Part shown: piece after piece, positions 9,525 to 17,539 of the stretch
How the letters are laid out: each line of letters starts with the position of its first letter
Position numbering within the stretch: position 1 is the first letter of the stretch
Origin: an uncultured Prevotella sp.
GTDB lineage: Bacteria > Bacteroidota > Bacteroidia > Bacteroidales > Bacteroidaceae
Reading direction: 5' to 3'
Assembly: GCA_900315955.1 (NCBI GenBank)
Contig: ONBC01000021.1
Span: 6,715 to 70,714 of the forward strand
DNA length: 64,000 nucleotides
Translations under genes and position numbers: made by a program
The notes under the pieces: generated by a model
Seen by the model: the letters and a program-made list of their open reading frames with translations, nothing else
Databases searched by the model: none
What the model was told of the DNA's origin: nothing

Positions 9525-10004
9525 TCATGGCTCTGGCGTTGGCGCGGCGGGCTCGGTGGCCTTCTTCTTGGTCTTGATCAGCGGCTCGGCGGTGACATCC
9601 TCCAACAACGTCTTGGTGTAGGTGCCCAGGCGGCATCCCTTTTCGCCGACGCGGCCGTTGGGCGTGAAGGTGGTCACGGGACGGTACAGGATGCGGTACC
9701 GCTTGATGTTGTTGGACTTGAAATCCTCCTCCTTGTCGCAGGGCTCAGACTTGAATCCCACGCGGAAGGAGCCGATCTCGTCGAGCTGGACGGTCATGGA
9801 GTTGAGCAGGTGCTCCTTCATGACGTTGAAGAGCTCTATGAGCACGGCGGCGACGTCGGAGCGCGTGACGGTCGTGGAGTGGCTGATCTCCTCGGCGAGC
9901 TGACGCGTGGTGACCGTGCCCAGGCTGACGGCCTTGCCGTACCACTTGCCGTTGATGGTGCTGTCCTTCAGATGGCATTGAACTACTTTGTATCGGATAG
10001 ACAT
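9525..10004 (-). CDS. HU-family (Bacteroidetes long-form) DNA-binding protein
   Basis: RQLAEEISHSTTVTRSDVAAVLIELFNVMKEHL HU-fold helix pair and a basic/Pro-rich tail. G+C is much higher than in the neighbours. Confidence 0.75.
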   Translation of the reverse strand: MSIRYKVVQCHLKDSTINGKWYGKAVSLGTVTTRQLAEEISHSTTVTRSDVAAVLIELFNVMKEHLLNSMTVQLDEIGSFRVGFKSEPCDKEEDFKSNNIKRYRILYRPVTTFTPNGRVGEKGCRLGTYTKTLLEDVTAEPLIKTKKKATEPAAPTPEP

Positions 10005-10074
10005 AATTGTTAGATTTTAGAAGTTAGACTTGTTTCAGTGATGGTTTAAGCGCTTATCCATGGGTTTACGGTTG

Positions 10075-10082
10075 CAAAGTTA
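10075..10082 (-). promoter_or_regulatory. -7 promoter box (TAACTTTG on minus strand) for the HU gene
   Basis: The reverse complement of CAAAGTTA matches TAnnTTTG, about 70 nt upstream of the HU ATG. Confidence 0.5.
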
Positions 10083-10253
10083 AGAAATAAAATCATATCC
10101 TGCAAGCAGTGGGGTCAAAATATCCGTTACTTTCGCACAGCTGATTGATTTACAGACTATTGCAATCGTGCTGCCGTCGTTTCCGCGCGTGGGAGTAACG
10201 AGCCGGCACGCCGCGTGAAACATCGGAAACGGCAATTGGCATACGATGGCGGC

Positions 10254-10294
10254 GCGATTGCGGTGGAATCGCCTCGCGATTGCGGTGAAATCGC
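10254..10294. repeat. Two tandem 19-nt hairpin-forming repeats, 22-bp period
   Basis: gcgattgcggtggaatcgc (10254-10272) and gcgattgcggtgaaatcgc (10276-10294). Each has a gcgatt/aatcgc stem. Confidence 0.8.
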
Positions 10295-10350
10295 AAAACA
10301 CCGTGAAACATTTTTCTCCTTCAACAGGGGTGCGCATTGCCGTGCGTGGC

Positions 10351-10800
10351 GGGCACAATCCTAACAACTAACAACTAACAACTAACAATAAGGTCGTAAC
10401 ACATGTCTGTTCGTCCCGACGAGGCAGCCCTGTGCGGGCACAATCCTAACAACTAACAACTAACAACTAACAATAAGGTCGTAATATACATGCGGCGGGT
10501 CCGTTGAGGAAAAATTTTTGAAAAGCCGGACAAGAGATATAAATAGGATATAAATAATATATAAATAGATTATATACATTATTATTATTATATATATAAT
10601 AATGTTCGCGACCTATTGACCGACCTTATTGTTAGTTGTTAGTTGTTAGTTGTTAGGATTGGGGGTGGCGAATTTGGGCGACAGAACATGTGTTCCGACC
10701 TTATTGTTAGTTGTTAGTTGTTAGGATTGGGGGTGGTGAATTTGGGCGACAGAACATATGTTCCGACCTTATTGTTAGTTGTTAGTTGTTAGTTTTTGGG
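10351..10800. repeat. Composite palindromic repeat: 2 forward and 3 inverted copies of a 68-85 bp unit carrying a (CTAACAA)3-4 microsatellite, around an AT-rich core
   Basis: Forward heptamer arrays at 10361-10388 and 10446-10473, each followed by taaggtcg. Inverted copies cgacctta+(TTGTTAG)n at 10621-10656 (n=4), 10696-10724 (n=3) and 10764-10792 (n=3). The core at 10482-10620 is very AT-rich. Confidence 0.9.
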
Positions 10801-11045
10801 GAGCATGAATAAGCCGATCCCTTTCGGGAAAGCATTTTCTTACGGCACGTTCCTCCAATACCTCCGCAGCCCGGGGCTAAACGCGATCCCCTGCAGACCT
10901 ACCGTAAGCCGTGGGTACTGGCTCCGGGGCTTATTTTTTATTAACATATTGCACAAATGAACCGATTTCTGCACGGATTTCCGCAATATTGCACCGATTG
11001 CTGCACGGAGGCGTTGCAGCTCTTTTTTTATCTTCAGATTCTTCC

Positions 11046-11053
11046 TACCTTTG
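11046..11053 (+). promoter_or_regulatory. Orphan -7 promoter box TACCTTTG with upstream 17-bp direct repeats
   Basis: Exact TAnnTTTG match. ACCGATTTCTGCACGGA (10971-10987) and ACCGATTGCTGCACGGA (11003-11019) lie upstream. No annotated gene lies downstream on the + strand. Confidence 0.45.
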
Positions 11054-11324
11054 CAACTGTCGAAAGACAAGCCATGCAATGACGCATTGCTTAACCACAC
11101 ACACTAAAAACGATGCAGAATATTTTCAAGGTAATCAATATGGCAGCCCGCGCGCTTTCACTGATGATAATTTTTCGCTGGGAAAGTCGGGATGGATTAA
11201 GAAGACAGGCAGTAAGCGGTGGCAAAAGAAAGATCGGACAACTCATCTACAAAGGCCTGAAACTTTGCGACACGCTCGGACCGCCGACTTGGGTGTCCCA
11301 ATGATGAAAAATGAGCAGACCTTC

Positions 11325-12584
11325 CTATGCTTGTTTCTTTGCCCAGTTTTTTCTGCTTTCCGCCATCTGCTTCAGTCTTGCTCTCGCACGTTTGTGCGAG
11401 AGGATGATCTGATAGCGATAGACGAGGCAGGCGGTGAAGAAATAGACCAATGTCTGAATCCATAATGCCTGATACTCCACTTGAATATCTGGAAGCGAGG
11501 CTCCCATGGAGGAGATACGCAGAAATCCGCGGACACCGAAGGTCGATGGGAAGAGCCATGCGAAGGCTTGCCAGAACCAAGGCATGTTCGATTGTGGCCA
11601 GCTGATACCCGTCATGAATAGCAGCGGTACAGAGGTGAAGATGACGAGCAGCATCACGTTCTCACGATAGCGGACGAGGCACGACAAGGTCATGCCGAAG
11701 AAGATCACGGCAAGCAGATAAGGTACCATCAATCCGATGATCGTCTGTGCTGTTACAAGCGAAACGAAATGGAACATGCGGGGCACGCAGAGCGTGATAT
11801 AAGCCGCCATGACGATATACAGCGAGAAGTAAGCCGCACTCTTTCCCAACACGATGCGGAAGATACCGTTGTAGTGTTTCTGGATAGGTACAAGGTTTTG
11901 GAAACGGTTCGTCTCGCGTGCCGTACCCGCAGAGAGGCCGATCCCCAGCAAGAGTGTTTGTTGAAGGATGAGGATGAGCACACCCGGGAGGATGGCGTTT
12001 CCGTAGCCTACCGTGGTATTGAAGATCGGCACCTCATCGAAATCGAGCGGCTTCGTCGTCACCTCGTCATCGCGGTTCGTGAAGTCGTTGCTCTTGCTGA
12101 TCTGTATCTGCGAGCTCATCTTTGACGCTACCGCCTGGGCTGCCGAGTAGATGGCCTTATACGTGAGCATGAGGCTCATGTCACAATAGACGCTTACCGT
12201 AGCTTGCTCCCCACGACCGATACGCTGCTCAAAGTCGTTGGGAAAATAAATCGTTCCGTGCACCTGTTGCTTACCGGTCAGTTCCTTAGCCTCGTCCAAG
12301 GAGTTGCAGTAGTAGGCCACCTTCGTATCAGCACTGGCATCTAACAGACGTGTAAATTCACGCGAGGCATGGCTGTGACTGAAGTCGACGACGGCGACGG
12401 GGACATCGCGTACCACTTCATTGTTATAAATCCATGAATAGAGCAAAGGGTAGAAAAGCGGCACGAGAACGCAGAAGATGAGCAAGCCCTCGTCGCGGAA
12501 CTCGTTCTTCACTTCCTGCACCATGATGTAACAAGTATCGTAGATGCCTTCGCGTATTCTGTATAACAGACCGTCTCTCTTCAT
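11325..12584 (-). CDS. ABC-2 family transporter permease
   Basis: 419 aa with an N-terminal TM, a large periplasmic loop and a C-terminal 5-TM bundle. Paired with a paralog and with HlyD/TolC genes. Confidence 0.8.
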   Translation of the reverse strand: MKRDGLLYRIREGIYDTCYIMVQEVKNEFRDEGLLIFCVLVPLFYPLLYSWIYNNEVVRDVPVAVVDFSHSHASREFTRLLDASADTKVAYYCNSLDEAKELTGKQQVHGTIYFPNDFEQRIGRGEQATVSVYCDMSLMLTYKAIYSAAQAVASKMSSQIQISKSNDFTNRDDEVTTKPLDFDEVPIFNTTVGYGNAILPGVLILILQQTLLLGIGLSAGTARETNRFQNLVPIQKHYNGIFRIVLGKSAAYFSLYIVMAAYITLCVPRMFHFVSLVTAQTIIGLMVPYLLAVIFFGMTLSCLVRYRENVMLLVIFTSVPLLFMTGISWPQSNMPWFWQAFAWLFPSTFGVRGFLRISSMGASLPDIQVEYQALWIQTLVYFFTACLVYRYQIILSHKRARARLKQMAESRKNWAKKQA

Positions 12585-12613
12585 GTCGGATGTTTATGTC
12601 TTATCAGATATTA

Positions 12614-13792
12614 TCAGGGTATGTAAACGTAAATGAGCATTGCCTTCTTGATATTATTGATGGTGAACATCGGAAGGAAGGCAAAGACGATCAGTAGCAA
12701 GAAGTCGAACCATGCGTAGCTCAGCGGATAACCGTTGAAGATACACATCTGATAAATCATATAGTAGTGGCGCAGTGGGAAGAGTTGTGCCAACGACTGT
12801 ATCATCGAGTCCATGGCGAACACAGGATAGGTAGCGCCACAGGCAGAGAAACTCACCACTGACCATAGCGAGCATATCGACATCGACATACGCAGGGAGG
12901 GCATGAGCCCAAAGATGAAGATGCCGAAACACTGGCAGGCAAAGACGGAGAGGAAGCCTAAGAGAAGGATTGGCACCACGCCGCCCGGATGCGGAAAGTG
13001 GAGACCATAGAAGATGTAGAACTCGAAACACCACATCACCAGCGTAAAGATAACCGTCTGCGGGAGGATCTTCCCGGCTATAGCGATATGGACATTGTTA
13101 TCTGCCATCCTCATCCATTGTTTCGACCGATGAAATTTCAGTTCTGTACCGATGGAGTAGGGGGTGAGGAGGAAGACAAAGATCATCAGGACACCCGGTA
13201 CCATGGCCGTACTCAAATAAACATTGTAGTTTGACCATGGGTTGCCTACCTGATGAAGGTCGATGGTGACAGGCTGCAGGAAGGTGCGTATCTCTTTGGT
13301 AGTCTTTCCGAGGGCTGAGAGTTTGGCAGCGCCTACGGCAGCTGACCCTAAGGAAGCAATCGTCTTCAGATCGCGGTAGAGCAGGGAGCCGGCGACAAGT
13401 GTCACATTGCTATAATAGAACGAGATCTTCGGCTGGTCACCGTCAAGGAGCTTGTCTGTTGTCCCCTTAGGGATGAGCAGAAAAGCGTAGATCTCATTCT
13501 TCTGTATCGCCTCTCGGGCATCGTTCATGTTGGCATAATGTCCCACGACCTGCGTTGTCTGAAAAGCATCCAACTCTCTGATCATGGCACGGCTCACGTG
13601 GGTGTTGTCCTGGTCGACAACACCTACAGGCATCTCTACCGGCTGTCCTCCGTTCATCAGTGTGGTGAAGAAAAGGACCACCATCACCGGGAAGACGATC
13701 GTACAGAACCCGTAGATCGGATGCCGCCACATGATGACCAGTTCACGGACAAAGATGTGGTAAATGCGCTTTATCGTCTCTGAGAGGCTCAC
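12614..13792 (-). CDS. ABC-2 family transporter permease
   Basis: Same architecture as the downstream paralog. GTG start overlaps the HlyD stop (GTGA). Confidence 0.8.
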   Translation of the reverse strand: MSLSETIKRIYHIFVRELVIMWRHPIYGFCTIVFPVMVVLFFTTLMNGGQPVEMPVGVVDQDNTHVSRAMIRELDAFQTTQVVGHYANMNDAREAIQKNEIYAFLLIPKGTTDKLLDGDQPKISFYYSNVTLVAGSLLYRDLKTIASLGSAAVGAAKLSALGKTTKEIRTFLQPVTIDLHQVGNPWSNYNVYLSTAMVPGVLMIFVFLLTPYSIGTELKFHRSKQWMRMADNNVHIAIAGKILPQTVIFTLVMWCFEFYIFYGLHFPHPGGVVPILLLGFLSVFACQCFGIFIFGLMPSLRMSMSICSLWSVVSFSACGATYPVFAMDSMIQSLAQLFPLRHYYMIYQMCIFNGYPLSYAWFDFLLLIVFAFLPMFTINNIKKAMLIYVYIP

Positions 13793-14784
13793 TTCTTGGG
13801 ATCTTTCACAACCAACGACATACCAGGCCGGAGCCCGTCAAACGGATGGATGGGGCGGGCCTTCACCTCGAAGGTCTTCAGGTCGTACTGTCCGTTGCTC
13901 TTCGTCGCTTTCCATACAGCATAAGAGCCCTCATCCTTGATCTCGTAAACCTTCATTTTCAGCGATTTGTTGAAAGCCGGGGAGAAAGCCGTGAATTCGT
14001 CGCCAATCTTCAGGCCGTTGAGCTGATCTTCGCGCACATTGAATGTGCCCCACATGTCTTTCATGATAGAGATGCTCATGATCGGAGAGCCCATTCCCAC
14101 GAGTTCTCCTTCTTTGGGGTAGATATCGCTCACCTCGCCGTCGACAGCAGCTATCTGGACGGTCTCCTTCAGCACAGAGCGAACGACATTTACCGCGTTC
14201 TTAGCAGCATTGACCTGATGACGCTGTGCCTCTTTCTGCTTCTCGCGGGCACCGTTTTTAGCCAGTTCATACTGGCTCTTCATGGAGTTCTCGTGAGCTA
14301 CAGCCACCTCCCAGGCAGCCTTAGCCTCGTCGCGTTTCTGTTGGCTCGTCACGCCCTCGGTGTAGAGGTTCTGCATGCGGTCGTAGGTCTTCTTGGCCAC
14401 GTCGGATGCGGCTTTTGCCTGTTGTACAAGCTGATAAGCGCTCTCAATAGCTTCGCGGCGCGTGCCTTCGTCCGTGAGGTCGCTCAGGGCCTGTGTGGCA
14501 GCCTCGGTAGACTGGGCTACCTTCTCTTGGGCGTTGACCTCAGGAATTTCAAGAATGGCAAGGGTATCGCCTTTGTGCACAACGTCGCCTTCTTTGACGC
14601 GGATCTCCACGACACGGGCCGGGAGCTTACAGCTGACACGGTACTCGCCGACCTCTACCTCGCCTTGGATGATCTCTTCGGTCTTACCCAATGTGAAGAA
14701 ACCGATGATGGCAACGATAAGGACTGCGATGGCGAATCCCAATACCGCTAACAATACATTTTGGTGCTGACTCTTTGCGCTCAT
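13789..14784 (-). CDS. HlyD-family membrane fusion (periplasmic adaptor) protein
   Basis: Single N-terminal TM (LLAVLGFAIAVLIVAIIGFF), lipoyl-like/barrel segments and a central coiled coil. Confidence 0.85.
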   Translation of the reverse strand: MSAKSQHQNVLLAVLGFAIAVLIVAIIGFFTLGKTEEIIQGEVEVGEYRVSCKLPARVVEIRVKEGDVVHKGDTLAILEIPEVNAQEKVAQSTEAATQALSDLTDEGTRREAIESAYQLVQQAKAASDVAKKTYDRMQNLYTEGVTSQQKRDEAKAAWEVAVAHENSMKSQYELAKNGAREKQKEAQRHQVNAAKNAVNVVRSVLKETVQIAAVDGEVSDIYPKEGELVGMGSPIMSISIMKDMWGTFNVREDQLNGLKIGDEFTAFSPAFNKSLKMKVYEIKDEGSYAVWKATKSNGQYDLKTFEVKARPIHPFDGLRPGMSLVVKDPKK

Positions 14785-14798
14785 GCGTATGTTTTTTT

Positions 14799-16328
14799 TT
14801 ATTGTAAAATACCTAATGCTTTTTCGAGGTTCACCTGTGCAAGCTTCACCTCTACCTGTGCGTCAATCTTTTGGCTCTGAGCCTGTTGCCATGCTGTCTG
14901 GGCAGCGAGGACATCTGTCGACTCCATGACGCCTTCCTTGAATCCTACCTGCGCACAGCGGAGGTTCTCTTCGGCACTGGCGATATTCTTCTCCGCCATG
15001 GCAAGTTTCTTGCGCGCCTCCTTCACTTTGAATCGGCTCTGCGTGATCTGAAGATTGATCTTCTCCTGAGCATCAGCGAGTTCAACCTTCGCCATGTTTG
15101 TTGCAGCCTCCGAGGCGCGAACCTTATAGCGAGCCTCAAACCAGTTCCATACGGGAACCTGCAAGGTCACGCCAACATTCCATACCCCGGAGAACCGTTT
15201 CTGGAATCCGTTGAAAACATTCGGATTGGCGATAGAATAACCACCAGTCAGCGCAAGATGGGGGAGAAAAGCCGCACGGACAAGCTTCGTGTTCTGCTCG
15301 CGTAAGTCGACGGACTTCTGCAGCAGTCGCACCTCCGGCCGGCTGCTGACCTCCTTGTCCGGCGTGTAGCTCTCGGCGACAACCGACGCATCGGTATCTA
15401 TATGATCCTTGTTCTCGTCGGCGAGCACGATATTGTCGTCCATGGGAAGGCCGCAGAGCTGACAGAGCAGCATCTTGGAGAGCACCAGACCATCATCGAC
15501 CTGTGTTATCTGCATGTCGGCCTCGTTGACGCGGACCTGAACCTTCAGACCGTCCGCACGCGTGGCAACGCCTTGCTTGATCATCTTTTGCACATCGTCG
15601 TCGAGCTTCTTTACAAGGTCGCGGAAGCTATAAGCCAACTTCTGCTTCTGTTTGAGAGAGACAACGGTCCAATAAGCCTGGTCGATGTTATAAAGTGTCG
15701 ACTGATTCTTCAGTGTGATGTTGTCATCCGCCATCTGTTCAGCGATATCCGCCATTCGGTTGGCTGCGATGATGCCGCCACCCATATAGATAGGCTGGCG
15801 CAGGAAGATGGAGCCGGCGAAGATGTTGTGTGTATCGGTGTGGAAGGCATCTACTACTTTCTGACCAATGGTGTTGCCCAGTCCTGCCGCATATTGTGAG
15901 ACAGGTCCGTTGGCAAACTGTTGCATCAGTCCACCGAGCTGCTGCGCCTGATCTGCCGTGATGGTGCCTTGCTTGACCATGTTCGTCAGGTGTTCGCTGA
16001 TCCCGGTTGTGAGGTCTCCGTTCACCAGACTGACACCTGTCGTGCCGATATTGTTCAGCGCATTCTTCTGGTCTTTGCTCAGTAGGTTGATCTCGCGACT
16101 GAAATAAGAGTAGCCCGCTATAGCGTCTACCTTAGGCAGATACTGGGTCCTTGCTGATTTACGCGCATTCTCGGTCATCTCCTTGTTGATGCGTGACACC
16201 TGCAGTTGTTTGTTGTTTCTCAGTGCCAGGGCACGGCAACTGTCGAGCGTCAGCACCTGCTGTGCGCTGACAGGGCCATACCATCCTAAGCTGCAAGTGA
16301 TAAAAAGAACGATCGTGCTTTTCCTCAT
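14799..16328 (-). CDS. TolC-family outer-membrane efflux protein
   Basis: Signal peptide ...GPVSAQQ. 509 aa with duplicated coiled-coil/beta structure. First gene of the efflux operon. Confidence 0.85.
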   Translation of the reverse strand: MRKSTIVLFITCSLGWYGPVSAQQVLTLDSCRALALRNNKQLQVSRINKEMTENARKSARTQYLPKVDAIAGYSYFSREINLLSKDQKNALNNIGTTGVSLVNGDLTTGISEHLTNMVKQGTITADQAQQLGGLMQQFANGPVSQYAAGLGNTIGQKVVDAFHTDTHNIFAGSIFLRQPIYMGGGIIAANRMADIAEQMADDNITLKNQSTLYNIDQAYWTVVSLKQKQKLAYSFRDLVKKLDDDVQKMIKQGVATRADGLKVQVRVNEADMQITQVDDGLVLSKMLLCQLCGLPMDDNIVLADENKDHIDTDASVVAESYTPDKEVSSRPEVRLLQKSVDLREQNTKLVRAAFLPHLALTGGYSIANPNVFNGFQKRFSGVWNVGVTLQVPVWNWFEARYKVRASEAATNMAKVELADAQEKINLQITQSRFKVKEARKKLAMAEKNIASAEENLRCAQVGFKEGVMESTDVLAAQTAWQQAQSQKIDAQVEVKLAQVNLEKALGILQ

Positions 16329-16343
16329 ATTTCTTGCTTTAAT

Positions 16344-17216
16344 TTATTGGAATGAGAAGCTGCGGCTGCCGATCATGTTGCCGTCAGCGAAGATACTGAC
16401 GTTGAACGTGCCGCCTTCGAGCGACTGGTCGATGTCGAGATAGAGGCTCATGGGTGTCTCTTTCCCTGTGTATTCCAGAGAGCGCTTGGCAGAGCAAGCC
16501 AACGACCGGTTCTCATAGTTGAAGCTTCCTGCACCGCCTAACAGTGCTCCTGTTGGTGTCGTCACACGGATATAGACGGTCTTCATGCCGCTCTGTGCCG
16601 TGACATTGCGTGCGATGGTGAAACTCACCATAAAACGTTTGGCCTTCTTCAGCTTGTCTGTGCTCTTGCCCCGTTTGTTGAGTGCTGTCATGGAGATACC
16701 TGTCGCATCGAGCTGCGCAGCGATAGCTACTTTCTCAGAGAGACTGGCTTTCTCTGTGTTCAGACCTTCAATCTGTCGGTTGGCCTCTGCATACTGCCCG
16801 CGTATGCGCGTGTTCTCTGCGGTAAGATGCTCATTGGCACGGTTCAGAGAGTCGATCTGAATGACGTAGCTGCGGAGCACGGCCCTGACAGTGGCCAGCT
16901 CTCTTTTAAGACGTGCTATCTCCTTGGCATCCGTACTCTTCGTGTTGCGGAGCTCAGCGAGCAGGCGCTGGGTCTTCTCCTGCTCAGCCGTGAGCTGAGC
17001 TACGATAGAATCGTTGTTGATCTGGGTCTTCATCTCACTGTACTGGTCGGCGAACTGCTGGTACTCGTTCTCCATTTCTTTCTTGTCCAGGGCAGCGAGC
17101 TGCTCCATGTCCGCATTCTCTTTGCGTTGCTTATGAAGGTTAAAATAAAGAACACCAACGCCTGCAAGAAGCAGGATAATAACCACCACGAGTGGAATGA
17201 GAATTTTCTTATTCAT
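16344..17216 (-). CDS. Membrane-anchored coiled-coil protein of unknown function with a C-terminal beta-rich domain
   Basis: ATG at 17216 gives MNKKILIPLVVVIILLLAGVGVLYF, followed by about 150 aa of heptad-rich sequence. A promoter box lies 30 nt upstream. A 15-nt gap separates it from tolC. Confidence 0.6.
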   Translation of the reverse strand: MNKKILIPLVVVIILLLAGVGVLYFNLHKQRKENADMEQLAALDKKEMENEYQQFADQYSEMKTQINNDSIVAQLTAEQEKTQRLLAELRNTKSTDAKEIARLKRELATVRAVLRSYVIQIDSLNRANEHLTAENTRIRGQYAEANRQIEGLNTEKASLSEKVAIAAQLDATGISMTALNKRGKSTDKLKKAKRFMVSFTIARNVTAQSGMKTVYIRVTTPTGALLGGAGSFNYENRSLACSAKRSLEYTGKETPMSLYLDIDQSLEGGTFNVSIFADGNMIGSRSFSFQ

Positions 17217-17246
17217 TTTGTATAAAAGCGCTTTTGTTATCTGTTG

Positions 17247-17254
17247 CAAAAGTA
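17247..17254 (-). promoter_or_regulatory. -7 promoter box (TACTTTTG on minus strand) for the coiled-coil/efflux operon
   Basis: The reverse complement of CAAAAGTA matches TAnnTTTG, about 30 nt upstream of the ATG at 17216. Confidence 0.5.
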
Positions 17255-17370
17255 ATGAAACTTCTACAATTGGCAAAGTTTTTTGTTCTATCAAATGCTT
17301 ATAAAACACAATTTTGATAGTTTTTCGGAAAAAATGAGCAGTATTTGGAATCAATCCTAAGAATTATTCG

Positions 17371-17378
17371 TAACTTTG
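17371..17378 (+). promoter_or_regulatory. -7 promoter box TAACTTTG upstream of the signal-peptide ORF and cyclophilin
   Basis: Exact TAnnTTTG match, 87 nt upstream of the ATG at 17465. Confidence 0.5.
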
Positions 17379-17464
17379 GCAACGAATCAAGTCAAGCCCT
17401 CGGCTGTTGTATCACAACAGTGGGCGGCTAAAGGGTTCGCCCCTGAACTTATACCATTTGAAAT

Positions 17465-17536
17465 ATGAAGAAGGCACTTTTATTTTTCTGTTTCCTTTTG
17501 TCGCCCTTGGCGCTGTTAGCTCAGGTCGACTCATAA
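17465..17536 (+). other. Detached signal-peptide coding segment (MKKALLFFCFLLSPLALLAQVDS-stop), in frame with the cyclophilin ORF
   Basis: The ATG at 17465 and the GTG at 17540 are in the same frame. A single TAA at 17534-17536 separates them. Confidence 0.8.
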
Positions 17537-17539
17537 ATC

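Noticed and set aside
9468-10013. A 181-aa ORF on the + strand overlapping the HU-like gene.
   Set aside because: It is a shadow ORF of a very GC-rich gene. The translation is Gly/Leu/Ala/Arg-rich with no motifs, whereas the minus strand encodes a recognisable HU fold.
10080-10367. A 95-aa Cys-rich ORF on the minus strand upstream of the HU gene.
   Set aside because: It runs into the heptamer repeat array and across the 22-bp hairpin repeats. It has no signal, motif or promoter box in an appropriate position, and is more parsimoniously non-coding.
10482-10620. oriC (DnaA boxes plus DUE) or a dif/Xer site in the AT-rich core. A TATACA centre with flanking TTAT resembles the E. coli dif core.
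   Set aside because: Only partial matches exist. TTATCCATG near 10054 is the best DnaA-box-like word, and the dif arms match at only a few positions. Flanking genes do not show the divergent (origin) arrangement, and no dnaA or xer genes are nearby. It is kept as an untested possibility inside the main finding, not as a call.
11180-11192. GGGAAAGTCGGGA, which resembles the RNase P RNA CR-I motif GAGGAAAGUCCGGGC.
   Set aside because: The other universally conserved RNase P regions are not visible nearby, and the available space (about 270 nt) is too short for a bacterial type A RNase P RNA.
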